DNA of 64,000 nt from Gemmatimonadaceae bacterium. Lineage in GTDB: Bacteria; Gemmatimonadota; Gemmatimonadetes; Gemmatimonadales; Gemmatimonadaceae. Where the stretch lies: the NCBI GenBank assembly GCA_045803545.1, contig JBJMOW010000005.1:672001-736000 (forward strand). Direction: 5' to 3'. How positions within the stretch are numbered: the first letter of the stretch is position 1; the number at the start of each line of letters is the position of its first letter. Positions 30,671-40,157 of the stretch are shown here, piece by piece. The notes under the pieces were generated by a model, which saw only the letters and a list, made by a program, of their open reading frames with translations, searched no databases and had not been told where the DNA came from. The translations under genes and the position numbers were made by a program.

Positions 30671-31936
30671 TCAAAGTCGCGCCGGCTCCAGCCGCGGCGC
30701 CAGCAAATGAATAATCAGCCAGGCACTAACGTAGGCAAGACCGCACACGATGAAAATCGGCGTGTAGTCGCTGCCGTTCGCCTGCAACACGCGTCCCGTA
30801 ATGCGCTGGAATAGAACTCCACCCATCGCTCCACCGAACGCGCCGATGCCGACGACTGAGCCGACCGCAGACTTGGGAAACATGTCGCTGGCCAGCGTAT
30901 AGACATTGGCCGACCACGCCTGATGCGCCGCAAGTGCGACGCCAACTATCAGCACCGCCGTCCACATCGTTGGTGCTCGCGACACCAGCGTCGTCGGCAC
31001 GATCAGCAAAGCCATCGTGAGCATCGCTGTCTTTCGCGCGCGATTCACTGACCACCCTCGCTTGATCAGTGCGCTCGAGAACCAACCGCCGCCGACGGAA
31101 CCGGCGTCCGCGAGTAGATAGACAACGATCAGCGGTGCCGCTACCTGCGCCAGCTTCACGCCGTATTTCGCGTCGAGAAATTTTGGCAACCAGTACAGGT
31201 AAAACCACCATACCGGGTCGGCCATGAATTTTCCGACGATGAACGCCCACGTCTGGCGCCGCGCAAAAAGCTCCGTGAGCGGTGGCCTTTGCACCATCTG
31301 CCCGTCAGTCGGCGGTGCCACGTCGCGATAGAAAGGAATCCATAGTGCGAGCCATAGCAGGCCCAACGCGCCCGTCGCGACGAACGCCCACTGCCAGCCC
31401 CAGGTGAGTGCGATCCACGGCACGAGAAGCGGAGTGAGAATCGCGCCGGTATTGGTTCCCGCGTTGAAGATTCCTGTCGCCAGTGCCCGCTCTCGCTGCG
31501 GGAACCACTCCGCGATCGCCTTGATCGATCCGGGGAAAATCGCCGACTCGCTCGCCCCGAGCAGCGCGCGCGCGAAAGAGAAACCGGCAACTGTACGCGC
31601 GAAGGCGTGACCAATCGCGGCCAGGCTCCACGCGATGACCGCTCCGCTGAGCCCGCGCCGAACGCCTAGCCAATCGACGATCTGCCCCGCCACGAGAAAT
31701 CCGAATCCATAGGCGAAACTGAACCACGAGACGATGTCGCCGTAGTCGCTCTCGCTCCAGTTCAGCGCATGCTGGAGCGTTGGCGCGAGAACGCCAAGAA
31801 CCTGCCGGTCGACGTAGTTGATCGTTGTCGCGACGAAAAGCAGAGCGCAAATCGTCCAGCGATATGACGATGGCCGATCAGCCTCAGGCGATGTAGCCAT
31901 TGGCGCGGCGAGCGGAGTTTCCGCTCTAACTGCCAT
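30671..31936 (-). CDS. exuT: Hexuronate MFS transporter (ExuT-like)
   Basis: 'RWTICALLFVATTINYVDRQ', 'EWFPQRERALATGIFNAG', 'DPVWWFYLYWLP'; start 31936 or 31900. Confidence 0.85.
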   Translation of the reverse strand: MAVRAETPLAAPMATSPEADRPSSYRWTICALLFVATTINYVDRQVLGVLAPTLQHALNWSESDYGDIVSWFSFAYGFGFLVAGQIVDWLGVRRGLSGAVIAWSLAAIGHAFARTVAGFSFARALLGASESAIFPGSIKAIAEWFPQRERALATGIFNAGTNTGAILTPLLVPWIALTWGWQWAFVATGALGLLWLALWIPFYRDVAPPTDGQMVQRPPLTELFARRQTWAFIVGKFMADPVWWFYLYWLPKFLDAKYGVKLAQVAAPLIVVYLLADAGSVGGGWFSSALIKRGWSVNRARKTAMLTMALLIVPTTLVSRAPTMWTAVLIVGVALAAHQAWSANVYTLASDMFPKSAVGSVVGIGAFGGAMGGVLFQRITGRVLQANGSDYTPIFIVCGLAYVSAWLIIHLLAPRLEPARL

Positions 31937-32957
31937 CCGTTCCCTCCCAGAGTCCGTGCAGATACATCGCCCCCAGGGCGCGATCATAAAGGCCGTACCC
32001 AGGCTGTCCGCTCTCACCCCAGATCATGCGACCGTGATCTGAGCGAATCGGACCGTCGAAACCAACGTCGTGCAATGCGTTCATGACCGCCCGCATGTCG
32101 ACATCACCGGAGTCAGACGGGTGCGCAGTCTCCTGAAAGGAATGCAAGCCCGTGCGCTTGATATTTCGCAAATGCACGAAGTGAATGCGCGAGCCGACGC
32201 CGCGAATGATCTGTGCAAGGTCGTTGTTCGGGTCAGCTGCGAGCGATCCCGCGCAGAAGGTCACGCCGTTCGCTTCAGCATCAACGATGTCGGTCACACG
32301 CTCCAGAGCTCGCCCGCTGGTGATGATTCGAGGCAAGCCAAAGATCGACCATGGCGGGTCATCGGGATGCAACGCCATCGCTACGTTGGCTCCGGCCGCT
32401 ACGGGTACGACCCGCTCCAGGAAATACGCGAGGTTGTCCCACAGCTTCTCCGCGTCGACGCCGCGGTATGCCTCGAGCAGCGCGCCGAGCTCACTCGCCG
32501 AGTATCGCGTCGCCCAGCCCGGCAAGTCTGCGGTACCGCGTGAAAGATCGATGCGCGCAATGGCGCTCTCTTCAAAGGCCAGCGCGTTGGATCCGTCGGG
32601 CAACATCCGCGCGAGATCAGTCCTCACCCAATCAAACACTGGCATGAAGTTGTAGCAAAGAACCGGCACACCGGCGCGCCCGATATTGCTGATACTTTCG
32701 CAGTAGTTGTCGATACAACGATCGCGCATTGAGCGGCCGAGTTTGATGTCCTCGTGAACCGGTACGCTTTCGATCACGGTGAGAGACAAGCCAACCCCCT
32801 CCACCTCATCTCGCAGTCGCTCCACGCTCTCGAACCTCCAGACATCACCGACAGGAATCTCGAACAGTGCTCCGACGATCCCGCGCACCGCCGGGATCTG
32901 CCGAATTTTGCTCAGTGAAACGGCGTCCCGAGGTCCGAACCAACGGAAAGTCAGCAC
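31926..32957 (-). CDS. uxuA: Mannonate dehydratase
   Basis: 'TFRWFG', 'IESVPVHEDIKLG', 'CYNFMPVFDW', 'HPDDPPW', 'RSDHGR', 'GYGLYDRALG'. Confidence 0.95.
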   Translation of the reverse strand: MLTFRWFGPRDAVSLSKIRQIPAVRGIVGALFEIPVGDVWRFESVERLRDEVEGVGLSLTVIESVPVHEDIKLGRSMRDRCIDNYCESISNIGRAGVPVLCYNFMPVFDWVRTDLARMLPDGSNALAFEESAIARIDLSRGTADLPGWATRYSASELGALLEAYRGVDAEKLWDNLAYFLERVVPVAAGANVAMALHPDDPPWSIFGLPRIITSGRALERVTDIVDAEANGVTFCAGSLAADPNNDLAQIIRGVGSRIHFVHLRNIKRTGLHSFQETAHPSDSGDVDMRAVMNALHDVGFDGPIRSDHGRMIWGESGQPGYGLYDRALGAMYLHGLWEGTDGS

Positions 32958-32977
32958 GCGCTCGACTTATTCCTGAT

Positions 32978-33991
32978 TCATCGCGCGACGCGGAGACTGC
33001 CACCCTTCAGCAGCTGCTCGACCTCGTCGCGCGTAATGAGGCAGAAGTCGCCGGGAACGCTGTGTTTGAGCGCTGAAGCCGCTGTCGCAAATCGCAGCGA
33101 GTCTTCCCAGTTTCGATCCTGGAGGCGAGCAGCAATGAGGCCGCCGCTGAAGGCGTCCCCCGCGCCAATGCGGTCGACGACTTCGACTTCGTATTTCGGC
33201 GCCCGATACACTTTCCGTTCCGCCACCAGCACAGCGCTCCAGGTGTTGAGGAGCACTCGCGGATTCTCACGCAGAGTGATAGCGGCAGCGCTGAGATTGA
33301 ATCGATCGATCAGCTCTTTCGCGACGCTCGCATATGCGTCCGCGTCGACGTGATCGTAGGTCTCGTGGTTTCGGCCGCCGATACCGAATACGACGCGAGT
33401 GTCTTCCTCGGTTGTTATCAGCACGTCGACGTAGCGCATCAGCGGCTCCTGGACGTTGCGGGCCACATCGGGCTTCCAAAGCTTGCGACGGAAATTCAGA
33501 TCGTAGCTGACCGTCAGTCCGGCCTTCTTCGCAGCCTCCAGCGCTTCCGACGTCACCTTTGCCGCTGACTTGCTGAGCGCCGGTGTGATACCGCTGACGT
33601 GGAACCAGTGCGCGCCTGCAAACGCCGATTTCCAGTCAACACTCCCGGGCTCGATGCTGCTGATCGCCGATCCCGCCCGATCATACAGCACGCTGCTTGG
33701 CCTCGGCGCGGCGCCGAGCTCCGCGAAATACAAACCGGCGCGATCGCCTTTCGACCACTCGATCCGTGTTTCGACGCCCAGCTCACGCGCGCGGTTGGCG
33801 ATCACATGGCCAAGGGGGTTGTCAGGGAGGCGGGAGATCCAAAGAGACGAAGTTCCAAACCTGGCGGCGGCGACCGCGACGTTGAGCTCTCCACCACCGA
33901 CGTAAAGGTCGAGCGTGTGTGCCTGCTCCAGCCGTTGAAAATTGGGCGGAGTCAGGCGGATCATCGCTTCGCCGAGAGTCACCAGGAGCAT
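32978..33991 (-). CDS. kdgK: 2-keto-3-deoxygluconate kinase (PfkB family)
   Basis: 'GGGELNVA', 'VLYDR', 'HVSGITPALS', 'DLNFRRKLW', 'DRIGAGDAF'; hexuronate context. Confidence 0.88.
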   Translation of the reverse strand: MLLVTLGEAMIRLTPPNFQRLEQAHTLDLYVGGGELNVAVAAARFGTSSLWISRLPDNPLGHVIANRARELGVETRIEWSKGDRAGLYFAELGAAPRPSSVLYDRAGSAISSIEPGSVDWKSAFAGAHWFHVSGITPALSKSAAKVTSEALEAAKKAGLTVSYDLNFRRKLWKPDVARNVQEPLMRYVDVLITTEEDTRVVFGIGGRNHETYDHVDADAYASVAKELIDRFNLSAAAITLRENPRVLLNTWSAVLVAERKVYRAPKYEVEVVDRIGAGDAFSGGLIAARLQDRNWEDSLRFATAASALKHSVPGDFCLITRDEVEQLLKGGSLRVAR

Positions 33992-34080
33992 GCGAAATCT
34001 TACGAACTGCGATGGGAAGCCACCAGCGGCTAATCCCCTCGCTTCCGCGCCGTGCTCAAGGCCGTAGAATTCTAGGCGCG

Positions 34081-34857
34081 ATGCCCTTTCCCGCTTTCGA
34101 TCTAACGAATCGTGTCGCCGTCGTAGTGGGTGCGACTTCCGGCATCGGGAAGGCCATCGCGCTCGCGCTCGCGGATGCCGGTGCTGACGTTGTGCCGACG
34201 GGCCGCCGCGCGAACATGGTCGAGTCCGCTGCGCGGGAAGTGGAACAGCGCGGTCGTCGCTCGCACGTCGTCACCAGCGACGTGACATCCACCGACTCGA
34301 TCAACGAGCTCGCGCGTGTCGTCATCGACAAATTCGGCCAGGTGGACATTCTCGTGAACGCAGCGGGAATCACCGTCCGGCGTCCGACCGCCGAAGTAAC
34401 GGACAGTGAGTGGAACGCGATCCTCGACACGAATCTGAATGGAATGATGCGGGCATGCCGGGCGTTCGGGCCCCACATGATCGAGCGACGCTACGGACGC
34501 GTGATCAATATCGGCTCGCTGACATCGGTGGTCGCCCTCCAGGAAGTCGCCGCGTACGGCGCGAGCAAAGCAGCAGTAGCAGCACTCACCAAATCTCTCG
34601 CGGTTGAATGGGCGCCGTACAACATCTGCGTCAATGCAATTCTCCCGGGCGTCTTCCGCACCGCGCTCAACGAAGGCCTGCTCGACGGCACCGATCGCGG
34701 GCGCGAGCTGTTGATGCGCACGCCGATGCGGCGGTTCGGTCAGCCGGACGAATTAGCCGGCGCTGCAGTCTTTCTTGCCTCCGGCGCTGCCAGTTTCGTC
34801 ACCGGCCATCTGCTCGCAGTGGACGGCGGCTTCCTGGCGAGCGGAGTGAATCAGTAG
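34081..34857 (+). CDS. SDR oxidoreductase (gluconate 5-dehydrogenase/KduD/fructuronate reductase-like)
   Basis: 'FDLTNRVAVVVGATSGIG', 'NAAG', 'YGASK', 'RTPMRRFG'; divergent from kdgK; start ATG 34081. Confidence 0.85.
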   Translation: MPFPAFDLTNRVAVVVGATSGIGKAIALALADAGADVVPTGRRANMVESAAREVEQRGRRSHVVTSDVTSTDSINELARVVIDKFGQVDILVNAAGITVRRPTAEVTDSEWNAILDTNLNGMMRACRAFGPHMIERRYGRVINIGSLTSVVALQEVAAYGASKAAVAALTKSLAVEWAPYNICVNAILPGVFRTALNEGLLDGTDRGRELLMRTPMRRFGQPDELAGAAVFLASGAASFVTGHLLAVDGGFLASGVNQ

Positions 34858-34981
34858 CCATCCGGATCGCATTCCCAATGCTGAGCTAAAATTTGTGATC
34901 ACATTCGGCCTCCTGTTTGCAAACAGTGGAGGTGGCCTGAGTCATCGCAAGGCACACCACCCAGATCCCGCAGGAGCGAAA

Positions 34982-35413
34982 ATGAACACAGCCAAAACCA
35001 TCAACGGAATCGCGCTCGCCTCCGTGCTCGCGCTCGGCGCCGCCTGTGCCGGCGTCAAAAAAACTACGACCGACATCAATCCGGCCATGAACCGCGCGCC
35101 GACTTGCGCTCAGGCGATCGCGGTCTACAACAGTCGCATGGATGTCCCCTACGACTACTACGAGCTCGCCTGGATTCAGGCCGAGGGCAACTCGGTGTGG
35201 ACGACCGACAACCAGCTGCAAACGCAGATTCGTAATGGCGCCGCCAAAGTCGGAGCCAATGCGGTGATCGTCAATCCGGTGCAGCAGTCGAAGTCGACCG
35301 TGAAGGTTCTCGGCGAAGCAATCGGCGCTAACTCGGCGACGCAGAAAGCCAGCGCGCTGGCTATCTACATGCCGGGTGATGCCGGGCGCGTCAGATCCAC
35401 CTGCGGCACCTGA
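34982..35413 (+). CDS. Hypothetical lipoprotein
   Basis: SD AGGAG; lipobox GAAC; 'AAKVGANAVI' resembles the YbjQ/dodecin-like small fold. Confidence 0.7.
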   Translation: MNTAKTINGIALASVLALGAACAGVKKTTTDINPAMNRAPTCAQAIAVYNSRMDVPYDYYELAWIQAEGNSVWTTDNQLQTQIRNGAAKVGANAVIVNPVQQSKSTVKVLGEAIGANSATQKASALAIYMPGDAGRVRSTCGT

Positions 35414-35432
35414 CCCTCGTCGCAGCGTAAGC

Positions 35433-35466
35433 AAAAGGGCCGGCGCTCGCCGGCCCTTCGTGTTTC
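35433..35466. terminator. Probable bidirectional terminator
   Basis: AAGGGCCGGCG-CT-CGCCGGCCCTT inverted repeat between convergent genes. Confidence 0.7.
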
Positions 35467-35479
35467 AAGGATCGAGTCG

Positions 35480-36424
35480 TTACCGAAGCTCAGCGTGGCC
35501 ATCGGTGGCCGGAGCTTCGTGCGCCGGCGCCGGTCCGAATCCGCTTTCGCGTGCAAAATTCCTTGCGTATTCGAACGGTGAAGTTGCAGATACGTCGAAA
35601 TCAGCGAACGGGGGCTGCATACCCGAATCAAAACCGCGGGCGAGACCGAGCATCAAACCTGAGAAAGTCTTGTCGAAGGGGTTTTCGGCGGCCTTCCATT
35701 GCGCTTCGAGAATGTCTTCCGGCACCTCGATGATGTTGAACTTCCGACCGAAGGTGTCTTCGAAAATGCGAACCGCGTCACGCTGACTGATCTCCTCCGG
35801 ACCTCCGACAGGAATCACCGCGTTGCTCGCCTTCGGATTGGTTAGCGACTGCACCGCGAACTCGGCGACATCACCGACGGTGACGTAGCGGATCTTGTCC
35901 GTCCCTTTTCCGTAGACCTTGACCGTACCCGCCGCGGGATCACAGAACAGCATCGGGCCCAGCCAGCTCTCGCAGAAATAGCTCGGGTGCAGAATGGTGT
36001 AGTCGAGACCACTTTGCTCGAGATGGTGCTCCGCATCCCGCTTGGCTCGCGTTAACGGGTTGTCCACCATTTTCGCTGTGTCGAACGACACGAACACGAA
36101 CTTGCGGACTCCGGCCTTTCGCGCGGCATCGATCAGCGACTTGTTTCCTTCGGCGTCGGTCGCCTCGAATGAATCTCCGGGCTGCGACGTAAGAATGGTG
36201 GTGACAGTCGAGATCACGGCGTCCACTCCGGCGCATGCAGCGATCAGCGATCGCGGCTCACGGAGATCCCCTTGCACGATTTCCGCGCCGAATCGCTGCA
36301 GGCGCAGCACTTTTTCAGGGGCTGATGTGACGCGCGTAAGCGCGCGCACCTGTTCGCCACGAGCGGTGAGTCGCCGTACGATCTCCGAGCCCAGCACGCC
36401 AGTGGCGCCAGCAACGAGGATCAT
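35480..36424 (-). CDS. NmrA-like/atypical SDR NAD(P)-binding protein
   Basis: 'MILVAGATGVLG', 'GDL', 'LIDAARKAGVRKFVFVS'; SD AAGGAGG before ATG 36424. Confidence 0.88.
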   Translation of the reverse strand: MILVAGATGVLGSEIVRRLTARGEQVRALTRVTSAPEKVLRLQRFGAEIVQGDLREPRSLIAACAGVDAVISTVTTILTSQPGDSFEATDAEGNKSLIDAARKAGVRKFVFVSFDTAKMVDNPLTRAKRDAEHHLEQSGLDYTILHPSYFCESWLGPMLFCDPAAGTVKVYGKGTDKIRYVTVGDVAEFAVQSLTNPKASNAVIPVGGPEEISQRDAVRIFEDTFGRKFNIIEVPEDILEAQWKAAENPFDKTFSGLMLGLARGFDSGMQPPFADFDVSATSPFEYARNFARESGFGPAPAHEAPATDGHAELR

Positions 36425-36535
36425 AGTACCTCCTTCGCAATGATTTGGGCTGCTGCGAAGATGGCTGGTTTGCGGCGATCCGGCAATCAGTGCGATACTT
36501 GCCGAAAACCGCGCCGAATCGCCACCATTACTCCC

Positions 36536-37813
36536 ATGAAGACGACAACGCTTTCTCTCCTTGCTTTCGGCCTTATAACGGGATTTGCGGGCGCTCAGAA
36601 CAGGCTGCCGGCCGGCATGCGTCCCCCGGGATGCAGTTCCGGTTTGCAACTCCCCGAGGGGTTCTGCGCGACCCTTTTCGCCGACAGCGTGCGCGGCGCA
36701 CGTCACATCGTCGTCGCGCCCAACGGGGACGTATTCGTCAATGTCGTCGGAAATGCGTCACCGGGTGTTCTGGTGCTCCGCGACACCGATCGCGATGGTA
36801 AAGCCGATATCAGGCAGACCTGGGGTGGCGAAGGCGGCACCGGAATCGCGCTCGACGAGAGCTACCTATACGCGACGGCGAACAGCTCGATTGTTCGTTA
36901 CCGTCTCGCGCCCGGATCGCTGCGACCGAGTGGCGGGCCTGAGATCATCGTCAGCGGACTGCCAATGTCCGGATCACACCACTCCCACAATTTCGTCGTT
37001 CACAACCATACGCTTTACGTCAACATCGGATCTGCATCAAACGCGTGTCAGCAACAGGATCGTCGCGCGGCATCACGCGGCAACGACCCTTGCACCGAGC
37101 TGAATACGCGCGCCGGAATCTGGGAGTTCGACGCGAATCGCCTCAATCAGCGACCCACCGATGGTCGCCGCTATGCGACGGGCCTGCGCAATTCGGTGGC
37201 CTTCACTCGCAATCCGCTGGACGGAAACCTCTACGCAACCGTACACGGGCGCGATCAGTTGCACGACAGTTGGCCGAATCTCTTCACCGCTGAGAAAAGC
37301 GCTGAGAACCCTGGAGAAGAGCTGGTAAGAGTCGATCGCGGTGGTGATTATGGTTGGCCGTACTGCTTCTACGATGTCGACCGCAAAAGGCTCGTGCAGG
37401 CACCCGAATACGGTGGCGACGGTCAGACGACGGGCCGATGCGACAAAAAAGTGGAGCCGCTGATGGCGTTTCCCGGACACTGGGCACCCAACGGAATGCT
37501 TTTCTACACCGGTACTCAGTTCCCATCGTCGTATCGCGGCGGTGCGTTCATCGCATTTCACGGATCGTGGAACCGCGCTCCGCTGCCACAGGCCGGTTTC
37601 CGCGTCGTCTTTGCGCCGTTCCGCTTCAACCGTCCGCTCGGAACGTTTACGACCTTCGCCGATGGCTTCAATCCCGCCCCAAGTCCCGGACGCGCAACTC
37701 CTGGCACCAGGCGTCCTACCGGTATCGCTCAGTCGCCCGACGGTTCCCTCTACATAACGGACGACACCGGCGGCACGATTTGGAAGATCACGTATCGCGC
37801 GTCATCCCGCTGA
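36536..37813 (+). CDS. PQQ-dependent sugar/sorbosone dehydrogenase family beta-propeller
   Basis: Signal peptide; 'LPEGF', 'ATGLRN', 'HGRDQL', 'YGWPYC', 'HWAPNG', 'AFHGSWNR', 'PDGSLYITDD'. Confidence 0.85.
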   Translation: MKTTTLSLLAFGLITGFAGAQNRLPAGMRPPGCSSGLQLPEGFCATLFADSVRGARHIVVAPNGDVFVNVVGNASPGVLVLRDTDRDGKADIRQTWGGEGGTGIALDESYLYATANSSIVRYRLAPGSLRPSGGPEIIVSGLPMSGSHHSHNFVVHNHTLYVNIGSASNACQQQDRRAASRGNDPCTELNTRAGIWEFDANRLNQRPTDGRRYATGLRNSVAFTRNPLDGNLYATVHGRDQLHDSWPNLFTAEKSAENPGEELVRVDRGGDYGWPYCFYDVDRKRLVQAPEYGGDGQTTGRCDKKVEPLMAFPGHWAPNGMLFYTGTQFPSSYRGGAFIAFHGSWNRAPLPQAGFRVVFAPFRFNRPLGTFTTFADGFNPAPSPGRATPGTRRPTGIAQSPDGSLYITDDTGGTIWKITYRASSR

Positions 37814-37826
37814 GCGGTCTCGCGCT

Positions 37827-39164
37827 GTGCTGAATCCAGTGAAGGCGTTCGCCAACCGTCTGAAGAGACTCCTTGGGAGATCTCGGGCGGAGGCTTCACC
37901 GGCGCCAGAGTCAGCAACCGCTCCCAGCCTCGACAGCGAGCGGCGCCTCAGCTTCATGCTCGAGTCGGTGCCGGTTAACATGTGGTCGACTGATGCACAG
38001 CTTAACATCACGTTTTCGCAGGGAGCGGGACTGCATCTGATCGGTGCGGGCGCCAACGAACAGGTGGGAATGACGCTGTACGAAGTGCTCAAGACGCGGG
38101 ACCCGGGAACGACTCCGCTCGCCGCCCATTTGCGCGCGCTGCAGGGTGAGCTCGTTCGCTACGACATCACCTGGCGCGGCCGCTCGTTCGAGACGCGCGT
38201 CGAACCGCTGCGTGGACCCGATGGCCGCATCACCGGAACGGTCGGCATCGCCATCGATGTCACCGACAGAAAAAGTCTATACGATGCGCTGCACACTCAG
38301 AATGTCTATTTTGCCGCGCTGTTCGAGAGTGCGCCGGAGGCGATTGCGATCCTTGACGAACAGGATCAGATCATTCGGGTGAACGGCCAGTTCACCGCGA
38401 TGTTCGGCTACACCGAGGATGATGCGGTGAGCCGCAACATCAATGACCTCATCGTGCCGCCTCCGCTCGTTGAGGATGCGGAAAACCTTACCGCGCGTGT
38501 TGCAGCGGGAGAGAAACTCACCACTGAAGCGCTACGCCGTCACAAGGACGGTCACACTATCTGGGTTTCGATAGCTGCGACACCGTTTGGAGTCGGTGAC
38601 CAGCCCGGCCGCGTTTACGCGATGTATCACGACATCTCGGCGCTCAAGCGGGCGGAAGACGAGCTCAAGGCGTTGTTGCTCGTCGATGAGCTGACGGGTC
38701 TCCCCAACCGCCGCGCTTTCATCACGCTCTCGGAGCAGGCGCTCAAGCTGGCAGCGCGACTGGAGCGTGATGTGCTGATGATCTTCATCGATGTCGATCA
38801 TTTGAAGTACATCAACGACACCTTCGGACATCTCGCAGGAGATCGTGCGCTGATCGACACCGCTCGTGTTCTGCGCGAGAGCTGTCGCGAAGCGGACATC
38901 ATCGCCCGACTGGGCGGCGATGAGTTCGTTGCCTTGTTGACGGTCAATTCAGACCAGACCGCGGAGATTGTCTGTCAGCGTATCAAGAGCCGTGTTGACC
39001 TGCACAACGCCGAAGCAGATCGCGATTACCAGTTGTCCCTGAGCGTGGGAGCCAAACGGTCGAGAGCGGAGGGAACGATGCTCGCCGATCTTCTGGCGCA
39101 GGCGGACACCGCACTATACGAGCAGAAGCGCGGCCGTAGTCGGCGTCAGGCGCTCTCGCGATAG
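37827..39164 (+). CDS. PAS-PAS-GGDEF diguanylate cyclase
   Basis: Two PAS/PAC regions; 'DELTGLPNRR', 'INDTFGHLAGD', I-site READ, 'RLGGDEF'. Confidence 0.92.
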   Translation: MLNPVKAFANRLKRLLGRSRAEASPAPESATAPSLDSERRLSFMLESVPVNMWSTDAQLNITFSQGAGLHLIGAGANEQVGMTLYEVLKTRDPGTTPLAAHLRALQGELVRYDITWRGRSFETRVEPLRGPDGRITGTVGIAIDVTDRKSLYDALHTQNVYFAALFESAPEAIAILDEQDQIIRVNGQFTAMFGYTEDDAVSRNINDLIVPPPLVEDAENLTARVAAGEKLTTEALRRHKDGHTIWVSIAATPFGVGDQPGRVYAMYHDISALKRAEDELKALLLVDELTGLPNRRAFITLSEQALKLAARLERDVLMIFIDVDHLKYINDTFGHLAGDRALIDTARVLRESCREADIIARLGGDEFVALLTVNSDQTAEIVCQRIKSRVDLHNAEADRDYQLSLSVGAKRSRAEGTMLADLLAQADTALYEQKRGRSRRQALSR

Positions 39165-39490
39165 TATTCGGCGAGACACCAGGTAACCATATCCGCCAGT
39201 AAAACCTGGGTTCGGTCGGAGCTCGAAAACCGAACGCCGATTTCTCGCACCATCCCCTGGGCCGCGCGAACCACGCCCTCCCCCGACTCGCCACCTTCTT
39301 TCATCTCGGCGACGAAGGTGCACACCGCACCCTGCAGTTCTTCCTTGTTGTAGACGCCGGCGGCGAACACGGCCGCCAGCGCCTTCGCAAGATTCATCTC
39401 GGCCTTGCTTTGCGCGTTGCGCGCAATGCGTTTGCTCGTACGCTTGCTGTTCGCCTTGCTCTCCGCGCCCCGCCGCGGTCGACCACTCAT
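39146..39490 (-). CDS. Hypothetical protein
   Basis: 114-aa ORF preceded by TTGACA-17-CACGTT-6 nt-ATG. Confidence 0.6.
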   Translation of the reverse strand: MSGRPRRGAESKANSKRTSKRIARNAQSKAEMNLAKALAAVFAAGVYNKEELQGAVCTFVAEMKEGGESGEGVVRAAQGMVREIGVRFSSSDRTQVLLADMVTWCLAEYYRESA

Positions 39491-39560
39491 GAGTGGAACG
39501 TGTACGGCACCATTTGACGTGTCAAGTGATCTCGGTATGTCGGCTCAGCGCGTCACGACG

Positions 39561-40109
39561 TTACGGCAGTGCACGGACGACTCCGCACGCGATCCTGGCG
39601 CCACTGTTTCCCGAAGGGTTCGTTACCTGATCGTCGGCCGCGGCGTGCACGACGAGCGCGCTCCCATCGGCGTCAAACAGGGTGCGCGTTCCCGGCGTCA
39701 GGCTCACACGGTCGGTCGAGAACGAGACATTTCCAACTCCGCCCGCGGGAATCACGATGTTGGGATTGTCGCCAGCGTGTGGCCCACGCGGATTCTGGAG
39801 ACCGTGCTCCATACCCATCGGGTTATAGTGTCCGCCCGCGGTCGTGAACCCCGGGGCTTCGCACTTGCCCGCGTCATGGAAATGAATGCCGTGAGTACCG
39901 CCCGGAAGTGAGAGGCTCGCGATCTCCACATTCACGACGCCATTGCCGTCCTGCCACAGCTGCGCGGTACCGATGGCAACTCCGCTCGAGTTGTACATCA
40001 CAGCTTCCGCTCGCGCCGCGGCGTTCCGCATGCGCGTCGCTGTCGAGCAGGCAGCGCTGCTCACGATGAAGAGCCCGGCCACCAAAACCAATCCGCTTCG
40101 CACTCTCAT
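39561..40109 (-). CDS. sodC: Cu/Zn superoxide dismutase family lipoprotein
   Basis: 'HGIHFH', 'AGGHYNP', 'HAGD', 'ALVVHA', 'GNSGARIACGV'; lipobox SAAC. Confidence 0.92.
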   Translation of the reverse strand: MRVRSGLVLVAGLFIVSSAACSTATRMRNAAARAEAVMYNSSGVAIGTAQLWQDGNGVVNVEIASLSLPGGTHGIHFHDAGKCEAPGFTTAGGHYNPMGMEHGLQNPRGPHAGDNPNIVIPAGGVGNVSFSTDRVSLTPGTRTLFDADGSALVVHAAADDQVTNPSGNSGARIACGVVRALP

Positions 40110-40157
40110 GGGAGACTCCGGAGTGAAGGTTCAGTCGCGGAGTCCCTGGACACCGCG

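Noticed and set aside
25197..34857. Possible genomic island integrated at tRNA-Asn
   Set aside because: No integrase, no duplicated tRNA 3' end seen, a terminator follows directly, and no obvious compositional shift
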